DNA of 64,000 nt from Trueperaceae bacterium. GTDB lineage: Bacteria > Deinococcota > Deinococci > Deinococcales > Trueperaceae. The notes under the pieces were generated by a model. That model saw nothing but the letters and a program-made list of their open reading frames with translations. It ran no database searches and was not told where the DNA came from. Positions within the stretch are counted from its first letter, which is position 1. Each line of letters starts with the position of its first letter. Where the stretch lies: the NCBI GenBank assembly GCA_034521815.1, contig JAXHLW010000001.1, positions 160,001 through 224,000 of the forward strand, read 5' to 3'. Made by a program: the position numbers and the translations under genes. Below, piece after piece: positions 13,587-22,744 of the stretch.

Positions 13587-14675
13587 GTGAGTCGTCTCGT
13601 CGCGCGACGGCGCTTCATCGCCGGGGCGGCGAGCGTGGTCGCGGCCGCGGCGGGCGGCGGCGGGATCGCGGCGCGGGTCGCACGGGATGGTGGACTCGCC
13701 CACCCGCGACGGGCCCAGAACGACGGAGCGCCTGCCCGCGAGGTCGAGGTCCAGCCCGGCGAGTCCATCCAGGCCGCCGTCGACCGCGCCACCCCCGGCG
13801 CCGTCGTGCGGATCCCTCCAGGCACGTACCAGGAGACCGTGGTGATCGAGAAGCCGCTGGCGCTGATCGGTGCCGGCTACCGCCGCACCACGCTGGTGGC
13901 CGACCGCGGCCGCTTTCGCTGGGCCGGCCTGGCGCGCGAGCGCTACGTCGTCGGCGCCGTCAACGTGCGGAACACGCGCAACGTGCTGATCGCCGGCATG
14001 ACGGTGCAGGGCGCTCTCGAGGGCGTATGGGTGTCCGCCTCGCGCTACGTCACGATCAGCGACTGCATGTCGTGCGCGCACGACTCGTCGGGCTACTACC
14101 TGTGGGGAAGCGTGGCGTGCACGGTGGTGCGCAGCGAGGGGTCCGACTGCGCGGTGGGCATCTACCAGGGGGGCTCGGTCGACATCCGCATCGCTCGGAA
14201 CGTGTTTCGCCGCAACCGCGGCGGGCGCGTCCCGCACCTCGACGACGACGACTACCCGGGCATCGGGCTGCTGATGGGGAACCTCTCGCGGGGCTGCCGC
14301 GTCGAGGGCAACCTGCTGGCCGAGAACACCGACTGGGGGATGGGCGTCTCTCTGGGCGTCCACGAGGTGTCGACGCTGGGCAACACGATCCGCGACAACC
14401 CGACCGGCGTGTTCGTGGGCGAGCGCGGCCTGCGGATGCGTGCCGACAACGTCGCTGGGAACGCCGACTGGGGCGTCGACTCCGCTGCAGAGGTCGACGC
14501 GCGCGAGGTGTGGTGGGGCGCGCCGGACGGCCCGTCCGGCGCCGGACCGGGTCGAGGCGACGCGGTCCGGGCGCCCGTCCTGGTGACGCCGTGGCGGCGA
14601 GCGCCGTCGCGGCTCGCTCAGGTCGGGCCGCGCGCGCGCCCGCCCATGGTCGGCGAGGGCGCGACGGAGGGCTGA
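13587..14675 (+). CDS. Right-handed beta-helix (NosD/pectin-lyase-like) protein, putative Tat substrate
   Basis: RRRFIAGAA twin-Arg-like signal; SIQAAVDRATPGAVVRIPPGTYQE; repeated G-I/V-x beta-helix coils. Confidence 0.7.
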   Translation: MSRLVARRRFIAGAASVVAAAAGGGGIAARVARDGGLAHPRRAQNDGAPAREVEVQPGESIQAAVDRATPGAVVRIPPGTYQETVVIEKPLALIGAGYRRTTLVADRGRFRWAGLARERYVVGAVNVRNTRNVLIAGMTVQGALEGVWVSASRYVTISDCMSCAHDSSGYYLWGSVACTVVRSEGSDCAVGIYQGGSVDIRIARNVFRRNRGGRVPHLDDDDYPGIGLLMGNLSRGCRVEGNLLAENTDWGMGVSLGVHEVSTLGNTIRDNPTGVFVGERGLRMRADNVAGNADWGVDSAAEVDAREVWWGAPDGPSGAGPGRGDAVRAPVLVTPWRRAPSRLAQVGPRARPPMVGEGATEG

Positions 14676-14708
14676 CCCGAGCCTTGCGACCGTAGGGCCG
14701 CGTGCCTC

Positions 14709-14747
14709 TCGGTCGCCGCGATCGGTCGCCGCGATCGGTCGCCACGA
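14709..14747. repeat. 13-bp tandem repeat x3 (TCGGTCGCCGCGA)
   Basis: Two exact copies plus one with a single mismatch, between convergent genes. Confidence 0.8.
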
Positions 14748-14813
14748 CAGGCGAGCGCGCCGGACCCGCGTACAGCGGGTCCGGCGCGCTCTTCGCTCGG
14801 GCGGGGCCGTCGC

Positions 14814-15839
14814 TCAGGCAGGACCGACCTGGTCCTTGCGCATCGGCTCGGGTCGCCAGGTATCCAGCGTCGCCTTGTACTGCGCGCGCGAGAACGCCTC
14901 TTCGTCCCGTGCGCCACGGCGGCTCATCGCGCCGCGCAGCTGGCGGATCGACTCGTACTCGTTCTCCTCGAGCCAGATTCGCATGGCCTGCTCGATCTCG
15001 CCGAAGCGCGCCGGCCCGCGTCGCAGGATCTCCGACGTCATCATCGTCACGGTCGCGCCGGCCGCGACGCCCTTCAGCGCTCCCTGCGCATCGTGCACGC
15101 CGCTGGTCAGCGCCATGTCGGTCGGCACCTGCCCGTAGAGCATGCCGATCCAGCGCACCCCGAGGCGAGCCTCCTCCGGCGTCGACAGCGTCAGGCGGGG
15201 AAGCACCTCGAACTCTTCTAGATCGACGTCCGGCTGGTAGAACCGGTTGAACAGGACCAGGCCGTCCGCACCGATCTCCGACAGGCGCGACGCCATGTGC
15301 ATCGTGGCGCTCCAGAACGGCGAGAGCTTGACGGCGACCGGGATCTTCACGAGCTCGCGGACGTCGCGCAGGACCGCGACGGTCCGGTCCTCGATCTGGG
15401 CTCCCGACACGGAGGGATCGGTCGGCAAGAAGAACACGTTCAACTCCAGCGCGTCCGCGCCGGCCTCCTCGAGCATGGCGGCGTAGCGGGTCCAGCCGCC
15501 GGGCGTTTCCCCGTTCAGGCTCGCGATCACGGGGACGTCGACCGAGGCCTTCGCGGAGCGGAGCAGCTCCAGGTAGCTTTCCGGCCCGGGCGTGGTCTGC
15601 GGGATCGGGACGTAGTCGAGCGCCTCGGCGAACGCCTCGGCGCCGTAGTCCATGAAGTGGTCGTGCGCCGCTTGCTGGCCCTTGATCTCTTCCTCGTAGA
15701 GCGAGTGCATCACGATCGCCGACGCGCCACCGTCCTCGAGGATGCGGAACCCGTCGAGATTCTTCGTGAGGGGCGAGGACGAGGCCACCAGCGGGCTCGC
15801 CAGATCGAGGCCGAGGTAGCGGGTACGGAGGTCGATCAC
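14814..15839 (-). CDS. Dihydroorotate dehydrogenase-like flavoprotein (PFOR-associated)
   Basis: YLGLDLASPLVASSSP, IPVAVKLSP, LVLFNRFYQPD; overlaps the nifJ stop. Confidence 0.85.
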   Translation of the reverse strand: MIDLRTRYLGLDLASPLVASSSPLTKNLDGFRILEDGGASAIVMHSLYEEEIKGQQAAHDHFMDYGAEAFAEALDYVPIPQTTPGPESYLELLRSAKASVDVPVIASLNGETPGGWTRYAAMLEEAGADALELNVFFLPTDPSVSGAQIEDRTVAVLRDVRELVKIPVAVKLSPFWSATMHMASRLSEIGADGLVLFNRFYQPDVDLEEFEVLPRLTLSTPEEARLGVRWIGMLYGQVPTDMALTSGVHDAQGALKGVAAGATVTMMTSEILRRGPARFGEIEQAMRIWLEENEYESIRQLRGAMSRRGARDEEAFSRAQYKATLDTWRPEPMRKDQVGPA

Positions 15840-18800
15840 GACTGGGCTCCCTTCGCGTCGCTCGGCGCTTCGGACTCGGCGGCCGTGGAGGCCGCCTGCG
15901 CCGGCTCGGCGGCCATGCGCTCGAGATCGGCCCAGTGCGCCTCGACGGCGAGCTGGGCGGCGTCCATGACGGCTTCTGCGTCATCGGGCGCGGTGAGGCG
16001 CATCAGGCGGTAGCGGTTCTCCTGGAGCGCGTAGTCGCGGAACGAGATCTTGGGCGGACGCGAGTCGAGCTGAAGCGGGTTCTTGCCCTCCTCGGCGCGG
16101 CGCGGATCGAAGCGGAACAACGGCCAGTAGCCGCTCAGCGTCGCCTTCTTCTGCTGGTCGAGGCCCTTGGACATGTCGATGCCGTGGGCGATGCAGTGCG
16201 AGTAGGCGATCACCAGCGACGGACCGTCGTACGACTCGGCCTCGATCAGCGCTTTGACGGTCTGACCGTCGTTCGCGCCCATCGCGACCTGCGCGATGTA
16301 GATGTTGCCGTACGACATCAGCATCTTCGCGAGGTCCTTCTTCGGGCTGCGCTTGCCTCCCGCCGCGAACTTCGCGACCGCGCCCATGCCCGTCGCCTTG
16401 GACGCCTGGCCACCGGTGTTGCTGTACACCTCGGTATCGAGCACCAGGACGTTCACGTTCGCACCGGAGGCGAGCACGTGATCGAGTCCGCCGTAGCCGA
16501 TGTCGTACGCCCAGCCGTCGCCGCCGACGATCCAGACGTCGGTTCTGACCAGCGCGTCCGCCAAGGCCCTGAGGTCTTTCGCCAGCGGATCGTCGCGGCC
16601 CTCGATGCGCTTCTTGAGGTCGGCGACCAGCTCGCGCTGACGTGCGATCGCCTCTTCGCTGCCGCCTTCGGCCTCGTCGAGCGCGCTCACGAGGTCCGCT
16701 GCGTCCAGCGAGGGATCGGCCAGCAGCTGACGCGCGCGGGAGCGCTGGGCGTCGAGCGCCAGGCGCATGCCCATGCCGAACTCGGCGTTGTCTTCGAACA
16801 GCGAGTTGGACCAGGCCGGACCGAAGCCTTGGGCGTTCTTCGTCCACGGCGTCGTCGGCAGGTTGCCGCCGTAGATCGACGAGCAGCCCGTCGCGTTCGC
16901 GATCACGCTACGGTCGCCGAACAGCTGGCTGAGCAGCCGGACGTACGGCGTCTCGCCACAGCCGGCGCAGGCGCCCGAGAACTCGAACAGCGGCTCGAGC
17001 AGCTGAACGTTCTTGACGTTCGTGAACGCGAGGCCGTCGTACCGCGGTACCTGCGGCAGCGACAGGAAGAAGTCCCAGTCGCGCCGGCCCTTCTCGCGAT
17101 GCGGCAGCTGCGGCTCCATCATCAGCGCCTTGCGGCCGACCTCGGACTTGTCCTTGGCCGGGCACACCTCGTAGCAGAGCGAGCAGCCGGTGCAGTCCTC
17201 GACCGCGACCTGCAGCGTGTAGCGCACGTCGCCGGCGTCCTTGAAGCGCGGCTCGACGTGCACGAAGCCCTCGGGCGCGTCCGCCATCGCCTCTGCGGGC
17301 GCCAAGGTCGAGCGGATCGTCGAGTGAGGGCAGACCATCACGCACTTGCCGCACTGGATGCAGAGATCCTCGTCCCAGACGGGGATCGCCTGCGCCAGAT
17401 TGCGCTTCTCGTACGCGGCCGTGCCCACCGGCCAGGTGCCGTCCTCGGGCATCGCCGAGACGGGCAGCTCGTCACCGCGATCCTCGAGGAGCAGCGAGGT
17501 CACGTCACGCACGAACTCCGGCACGTCCCCACGGACCGCCGGTGGCCGGGCCGCTCCGACCTCGCCTCCGGCCGGGATCTCGACGCGCTCCATGCGACCC
17601 GGTGCTGCGTCGACGGCAGCGAGGTTGCGGCGCACGATCGCTTCGCCCCTCGCGCCGTAGGTGTCGCGGATCGCTTGGCGGACCCGCTCCATCGCCTCGT
17701 CCTTGGGAAGCACGTCGCTCAGCGCGAAGAAGCACGCCTGCATGATCGTGTTGATGCGCGGCCCGAGCTCGAGCTCCTGGGCGAGCCCGTAGGCGTCGAT
17801 CGTCCACAGCTCGGCGTTCTTCTCTCGCAGGATCCGTTGCGCCTCGGCGGGAAGCTCGTCCCACACCGCGTCCGCCGCGTGGGGCGCGTTGATCAGCACC
17901 GTCGCGCCGGGGGCGACGTTCGCGAGCACGTCGTAGCGCTCGAAGAAGCCGAACTGGTGCACGCCGACGAAGCCGGCGTTGCCGATCAGGTACGCGCTGC
18001 GGATCGGCTCGGGTCCGAAGCGCAGGTGACTGATCGTCCGTGCGCCCGACTTCTTCGAGTCGTACACGAACGAGCCTTGCGCCTCGAGGCCAGCGCCCTC
18101 GCCGATGATCTTGATCGTGTTCTTCGCCGCTCCGACGGTCCCGTCGGACCCGAGGCCCCAGAAGACGGCCCTCGTCACGGAGTCCGGTTCGATGTCGAGA
18201 TTCGCGTCCCAGTCGACGCTGCTGTTCGAGACGTCGTCGTGAATGCCCAGCGTCAGGCGCGAGCGCGGACGTTCGGTCGCCATCTCGGCGAACAGACCGA
18301 CCAGCATCGCGGGGGTGAGCTCCTTCGACGACAGGCCGTAACGGACGCCTAGCGCGTGCGGGGGCCTGGCGAAGCGCGGCTCGGCCGCGTGCGCGTCCTC
18401 GTGCAGGGCGCTCAGCACGTCCTGGAGCAGCGGCTCGCCACCGGCGCCCGGCTCCTTGGTGCGGTCCATGACCGCCATCACGCGGGTGGTGGACGGTAGC
18501 GCCGCGAGGAGCCTGGAGGCGTCGAACGGACGGAACAGCCGGACCTTCACCACGCCGACGCGCTCGCCACGGGCGTTGGCCCAGGCGACGGTCTCCTCGG
18601 CGGTGTCGGCGGCCGACCCCATCACGACCAGAACGCGCTCGGCGTCCGGCGCGCCGATGTACTCGAACGGCGCGTAGGCGCGGCCGGTGTGCTCTGCGAA
18701 CGTGTCCATCACGTCCGCGACGATGTCGGGCATGGCGCGGTAGACCGGCTCGATCCGCTCGCGCGCCTGGAAGAACACGTCGGGGTTCTGGGCGGTTCCC

Positions 18801-19447
18801 CGGACGACCGGGTGCGCCGGCGACAGGGCGCGCGCGCGGAAGTCGCGAATGTCGGCCTCGTCGATCAGCGCGTGCAGCACGTCGTCGTCGACCAGGGAGA
18901 TCCGGTGCACCTCGTGCGAGGTCCGGAAACCGTCCATGACGTGCACGAAAGGAATCCGGCCGCGCAGGGTGGCGGCCTGGGCGATCGCCGCGAAGTCGTG
19001 CGCCTCCTGGACCGACGCGGCGAACAGCATGGCCATGCCGGTCTGCCTCGCGGCCATCACGTCGGAGTGGTCGCCGAAGATCGACAGGGCGTGCGTGGCG
19101 ACGGATCTCGCCGCGACGTGGATCACGGCGGGGGTGAGCTCGCCCGCGATCTTGTAGAGGTTCGGGACCATCAGCAGCAGCCCTTGGCTGGCGGTGAAGG
19201 TCGTCGTGAGGGCACCCGCTTGGAGAGAGCCGTGCACGGCGCCGGCGGCGCCGCCCTCGGCCTGCATCTCCTGCACGACGGGCACGGAGCCGAACAGGTT
19301 CGCTTTCTCCCGTTGGGCCCACTCGTCCGCCAGCTCGCCCATCGGCGAGGAAGGGGTGATCGGGTAGATGGCGACGACTTCGTTGAGGGCGTAGGCCACT
19401 CGGGCCACGGCCTCGTTGCCGTCGACGGTCTTGAACGTCGTTCGCAT
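15836..19447 (-). CDS. nifJ: Pyruvate:ferredoxin (flavodoxin) oxidoreductase
   Basis: YPITPSS, two CxxCxxCxxxCP ferredoxin motifs, GACAGCGE, GGDGWAYDIG TPP motif. Confidence 0.97.
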   Translation of the reverse strand: MRTTFKTVDGNEAVARVAYALNEVVAIYPITPSSPMGELADEWAQREKANLFGSVPVVQEMQAEGGAAGAVHGSLQAGALTTTFTASQGLLLMVPNLYKIAGELTPAVIHVAARSVATHALSIFGDHSDVMAARQTGMAMLFAASVQEAHDFAAIAQAATLRGRIPFVHVMDGFRTSHEVHRISLVDDDVLHALIDEADIRDFRARALSPAHPVVRGTAQNPDVFFQARERIEPVYRAMPDIVADVMDTFAEHTGRAYAPFEYIGAPDAERVLVVMGSAADTAEETVAWANARGERVGVVKVRLFRPFDASRLLAALPSTTRVMAVMDRTKEPGAGGEPLLQDVLSALHEDAHAAEPRFARPPHALGVRYGLSSKELTPAMLVGLFAEMATERPRSRLTLGIHDDVSNSSVDWDANLDIEPDSVTRAVFWGLGSDGTVGAAKNTIKIIGEGAGLEAQGSFVYDSKKSGARTISHLRFGPEPIRSAYLIGNAGFVGVHQFGFFERYDVLANVAPGATVLINAPHAADAVWDELPAEAQRILREKNAELWTIDAYGLAQELELGPRINTIMQACFFALSDVLPKDEAMERVRQAIRDTYGARGEAIVRRNLAAVDAAPGRMERVEIPAGGEVGAARPPAVRGDVPEFVRDVTSLLLEDRGDELPVSAMPEDGTWPVGTAAYEKRNLAQAIPVWDEDLCIQCGKCVMVCPHSTIRSTLAPAEAMADAPEGFVHVEPRFKDAGDVRYTLQVAVEDCTGCSLCYEVCPAKDKSEVGRKALMMEPQLPHREKGRRDWDFFLSLPQVPRYDGLAFTNVKNVQLLEPLFEFSGACAGCGETPYVRLLSQLFGDRSVIANATGCSSIYGGNLPTTPWTKNAQGFGPAWSNSLFEDNAEFGMGMRLALDAQRSRARQLLADPSLDAADLVSALDEAEGGSEEAIARQRELVADLKKRIEGRDDPLAKDLRALADALVRTDVWIVGGDGWAYDIGYGGLDHVLASGANVNVLVLDTEVYSNTGGQASKATGMGAVAKFAAGGKRSPKKDLAKMLMSYGNIYIAQVAMGANDGQTVKALIEAESYDGPSLVIAYSHCIAHGIDMSKGLDQQKKATLSGYWPLFRFDPRRAEEGKNPLQLDSRPPKISFRDYALQENRYRLMRLTAPDDAEAVMDAAQLAVEAHWADLERMAAEPAQAASTAAESEAPSDAKGAQS

Positions 19448-19564
19448 CCGGCCTCCCGTCCCCCGGCAGGCTCGTAGTGACGTTCGTAGCGTACGTTCGG
19501 CGCGCCGGCACGGACGTGGGGCAATCTCCGACAGGGGACGGGGGCGGGCTCCGACGAGGCGCCC

Positions 19565-21385
19565 TCAGCGACTGGCCAGGCCGGCCTCGATCTCGGCGAG
19601 CCTGTCGTAGATCCAGCGGGTGACGAGCACGTTCTGAAGGTACTCGCGCGTCTCGAGCGCATCGATGGCGCGGTAGAGATCGTCCTTGTCGCGGCGGACC
19701 TCGTCGCTGTCGTACAGGCGGCGGATGTAGCCCTGCCCGCGGTTGTAGCTGGGCACGACGAGCTCCTCGTCGCCGGAGAAGTACTCCTGCAGCCAGCCGA
19801 GGTAGTGGACGCCGTAGCGGATGTTGTCCGCCACCTCGAACGGGTCGGCCGGGGCCTCGTTCTGGAGCTCGGCGATCCAATCCCACGTGCTCGGCATCAC
19901 CTGCATCAGGCCTTGGGCGCCCGAGCGGGAGATCGCGCCTGGGTAGAACGCCGACTCGCGCCGCATCACGGCCCATACCAGGTGCGGATCCACATCGGCG
20001 CGCTTGGCCTGGACCCGGACCAGGTCGGGCCACGCCTCGGGGTAGGCCAGTCGCCAGGTGCGCAGCTGGGCGCTGCCGTCGCTCAGCAGCGCGGTGGCGG
20101 CACGCTGCGGAATGCGGTACTCGTTCAGCGCCTGCAGCGCTTCGCCCAGGGCCACGATCTCGGCTTCGTCGCTGGCGGTCCGCAACGCGAACGCCAGCAC
20201 CAGCCGTGCGCCCTCTGGGTCGTCGCTCTCGGCCAGCCAGCGAGCCGTCTCCAGCGCTTCCGGCCGGGTGGCGGCAAGGTCGTCGTGCGTCGGCAGTCTC
20301 GGAGCGATCGCTCCGTCGTCGAGCCGCAGGGCGAAGAAGCTCCCCGCCGGGATCGCCTGCTCGGCGCGGGCGACCAGCTCGGTCGCGCCCGTTCGCCGGG
20401 CGAGAACGAGAGCGCGCCAGGCCGCATCGTCGGCGTAGACGGAGTCGCCCGCAGCGAGGTCCAGGTAGACGTCGATCGCCTCGCTCCAGCGCTGGTCGCC
20501 CTCCAGCAGGCTCGTCGCGAGCCACAGACGAGCAGGCACGCCGGTGGCCCGCAGCAGCCGGACGGCTTCGGGCCGGTCGCCGCGCCGGTTCGCGATCAGC
20601 GCGCGCCCGTACAGGGCTTGCGGCCCGTCCAGATCGCGGAACGCCGCTTCGGCGGCCGCGAGGTCGCCGAGGTACCAGTGCGACCAGGCCACGCCGAAAC
20701 GGGCGTCCACGTGTCCCGGAACCTGGTCCAGCCAGGCTCGGTAGGCGTTCAGTGCCTCCTCGTGCCGGTCCAGCGCACGCAGCGCCGGCGCTTCGATGGA
20801 CGGCGCGGCCAGGCCGTCCAAGGCGTCCAGGGCGGCCTGATGGAGGCGGCCCTGCAGGAACGCGTTGGCGAGGCGGTACGGGTCGTCGATCAAGGCGCGG
20901 AGCGCGTCCCTGGCCCGTGGGTCGGGAAGCGCCTCGCGGTAGGCCTCGACCGCGAGGCTCGTGCGGCCCGCGGCGTCGGAGGTCCGTCCCAGCGTGAGGT
21001 GGAGCTCGGTGAGCTCGCGTCGCGCGAGCGGCTCGTCGATTCGGAGCTCGAGCACGCGCCGGGTCGCATCGCTACGCGTAGCGGCGTCCAAGGCGTCGTC
21101 CTCGGCCAGGTCGCGGGCCGCGCGGTACGCCGCGACGTCGTCGCCCCGGCTCAGCTCCAGCAGCGTCTGCTGGTCGCCGCGCGACCGAGCCACGGCGTGC
21201 TCGACCAGGCGCTGTGCGAGCTCGCTGGTGGGCTGCGTCGCGGCCGTCGTCGCGGCCGTCGTCGCTGGGCCCGTCGACCCCGGGGCGTCGCCCGGCGGCA
21301 CGCCGGTCCGGGGAAGACCGACGGCCACGGCCAGCGTGATCGCTGCGAGCAGGAGGACGAGAAGGACGGCACGACGTCGCGTCAT
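19565..21385 (-). CDS. Soluble lytic transglycosylase with TPR-like N-terminus
   Basis: AVMRRESAF, GAQGLMQVMP, SYNRGQG, ETREY; N-terminal signal/TM segment. Confidence 0.88.
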   Translation of the reverse strand: MTRRRAVLLVLLLAAITLAVAVGLPRTGVPPGDAPGSTGPATTAATTAATQPTSELAQRLVEHAVARSRGDQQTLLELSRGDDVAAYRAARDLAEDDALDAATRSDATRRVLELRIDEPLARRELTELHLTLGRTSDAAGRTSLAVEAYREALPDPRARDALRALIDDPYRLANAFLQGRLHQAALDALDGLAAPSIEAPALRALDRHEEALNAYRAWLDQVPGHVDARFGVAWSHWYLGDLAAAEAAFRDLDGPQALYGRALIANRRGDRPEAVRLLRATGVPARLWLATSLLEGDQRWSEAIDVYLDLAAGDSVYADDAAWRALVLARRTGATELVARAEQAIPAGSFFALRLDDGAIAPRLPTHDDLAATRPEALETARWLAESDDPEGARLVLAFALRTASDEAEIVALGEALQALNEYRIPQRAATALLSDGSAQLRTWRLAYPEAWPDLVRVQAKRADVDPHLVWAVMRRESAFYPGAISRSGAQGLMQVMPSTWDWIAELQNEAPADPFEVADNIRYGVHYLGWLQEYFSGDEELVVPSYNRGQGYIRRLYDSDEVRRDKDDLYRAIDALETREYLQNVLVTRWIYDRLAEIEAGLASR

Positions 21386-21477
21386 GGACGCCACTCTACG
21401 GGCGCCTTCGGTGAACGTGGTGAGCGCCAGGAGAGGCCTTCGCGACAGGCCGAGCATCGGTATCGCGGCGTGAAAGT

Positions 21478-21507
21478 TTGCATACGTGTACCTGCGGATG
21501 CTAACTT
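21478..21507 (+). promoter_or_regulatory. Promoter of the osmoprotectant ABC operon
   Basis: TTGCAT, 18 bp, TAACTT with extended TG at 21499-21500. Confidence 0.55.
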
Positions 21508-21562
21508 GAGGGGTGGTCGGCCGCTGCGACCGTTTCGCACGTGGCTTGATTCCGCTTCGCCG

Positions 21563-21635
21563 ACCGTTCGTCGGCAAACCGTTCGTCGGCAAACCGTACG
21601 TCCACAGACCGAACTGTACGTCCGCAGACCGTACG
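21563..21635 (+). repeat. Degenerate 15-bp tandem repeat in the 5' UTR
   Basis: ACCGTTCGTCGGCAA x2, then ACCGTACGTCCACAG, ACTGTACGTCCGCAG, ACCGTACG. Confidence 0.75.
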
Positions 21636-21661
21636 CTTCGCCCTTCACCTAGGAGGACCGT

Positions 21662-22618
21662 GTGAAGAAGTTCCTGACAGTTCTAGCCATCGCCGCCACG
21701 GCGTCGTTCGGCATCAACGCCTTCGCCCAGGCGCCCAACGCCGGCGACCCGATCGTGGTCGGCTCCAAGCAGTTCACCGAGCAGATCGTTCTCGGCCAGG
21801 TCATCATCGCCGCGCTCGAAGACGCCGGCTACGAAGTCACCGACCGCACGAACCTCGGCGGCACCGCCGTCAATCGCGATGCGCTCGAGGCCGGCGAGAT
21901 CGACGTCTACCCGAACTACAACGGCACCGCGATCAGCAACTGGTACCGCGACATCCCGTGGGCCCAGGAGTCGATCTCCGAGGGTGCCTCGGGCGACGCC
22001 TACGCCAGCTACGCCACGGTGTCGTCGCTCGACGCCGCGATCTTCGATCTGGTCTGGCTCCGTCCGGCGCCCGCCAACAACACCTACGCGCTGGCCGTGA
22101 CGCGCGAGTGGTCGGAAGAGAACGGAATCACCACCCTGCCCGAGTTCGCGGCGTACGTGAACGACGGTGGAGAGGTCGTGCTGTCCACGGGTGACGAGTT
22201 CGCGCAGCGCCCCGACGGCCTGCCCGCGTTCTACGAGACGTACGGCTTCGAGCTCGACGAAGACCAGCTGATCATCATCGCGGGCGCGACGCCCGCGCAG
22301 ACCGAACAGGCGCTCGCCTCGGGCCAGAACAACGTGAACGTGGCGATGGCGTACGGGACCGACGGTGCGCTGCTGGCGTACGACTTCGTCGTTCTCGACG
22401 ACCCGAACGGCGCGCAGCCCGTGTTCCAGCCCACCCCGGTGTTCCGCGGCGAAGTGATCCGCGCGTACCCCGAGATCGCGGGGATCCTGAACCCGATCTT
22501 CGCGACGTTCGACAACACCAGCCTGCAGTCGCTGAACGCCGCCGTCGAAGTCGATGGCATCAGCCCAGCGGTCGCAGCGCAGACCTACCTCGTCGACAAC
22601 GGTTTCATCGGAAACTGA
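21662..22618 (+). CDS. Osmoprotectant ABC substrate-binding protein (OsmF/YehZ type)
   Basis: VVGSKQFTEQ, APANNTYALAV, MAYGTDG; AGGAGG RBS. Confidence 0.88.
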   Translation: MKKFLTVLAIAATASFGINAFAQAPNAGDPIVVGSKQFTEQIVLGQVIIAALEDAGYEVTDRTNLGGTAVNRDALEAGEIDVYPNYNGTAISNWYRDIPWAQESISEGASGDAYASYATVSSLDAAIFDLVWLRPAPANNTYALAVTREWSEENGITTLPEFAAYVNDGGEVVLSTGDEFAQRPDGLPAFYETYGFELDEDQLIIIAGATPAQTEQALASGQNNVNVAMAYGTDGALLAYDFVVLDDPNGAQPVFQPTPVFRGEVIRAYPEIAGILNPIFATFDNTSLQSLNAAVEVDGISPAVAAQTYLVDNGFIGN

Positions 22619-22623
22619 CCGAC

Positions 22624-22661
22624 ACGGTCGCCGGTCCGGGACGTCCCGGACCGGCGACCGT
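22624..22661. repeat. Perfect 38-bp palindrome after the binding-protein gene
   Basis: ACGGTCGCCGGTCCGGGAC|GTCCCGGACCGGCGACCGT with no spacer. Confidence 0.85.
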
Positions 22662-22744
22662 TCTCGTCGCGCCGCCGCTCGGGCTTCTCCTGAGCGCTCT
22701 CGTCGACGTCGGGCCCAGCGGGGCCCGGAGGGGGGTTACGCACC

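Noticed and set aside
21563-21635. Possible mini-CRISPR array
   Set aside because: 15-bp contiguous units with no spacers and no cas genes in the window
14056-21652. Long alternative-frame and antisense ORFs (e.g. 15935-18352, 17505-20525, 19805-21652, and similar ones elsewhere)
   Set aside because: Expected stop-poor shadow frames of high-GC coding DNA with no recognisable domains
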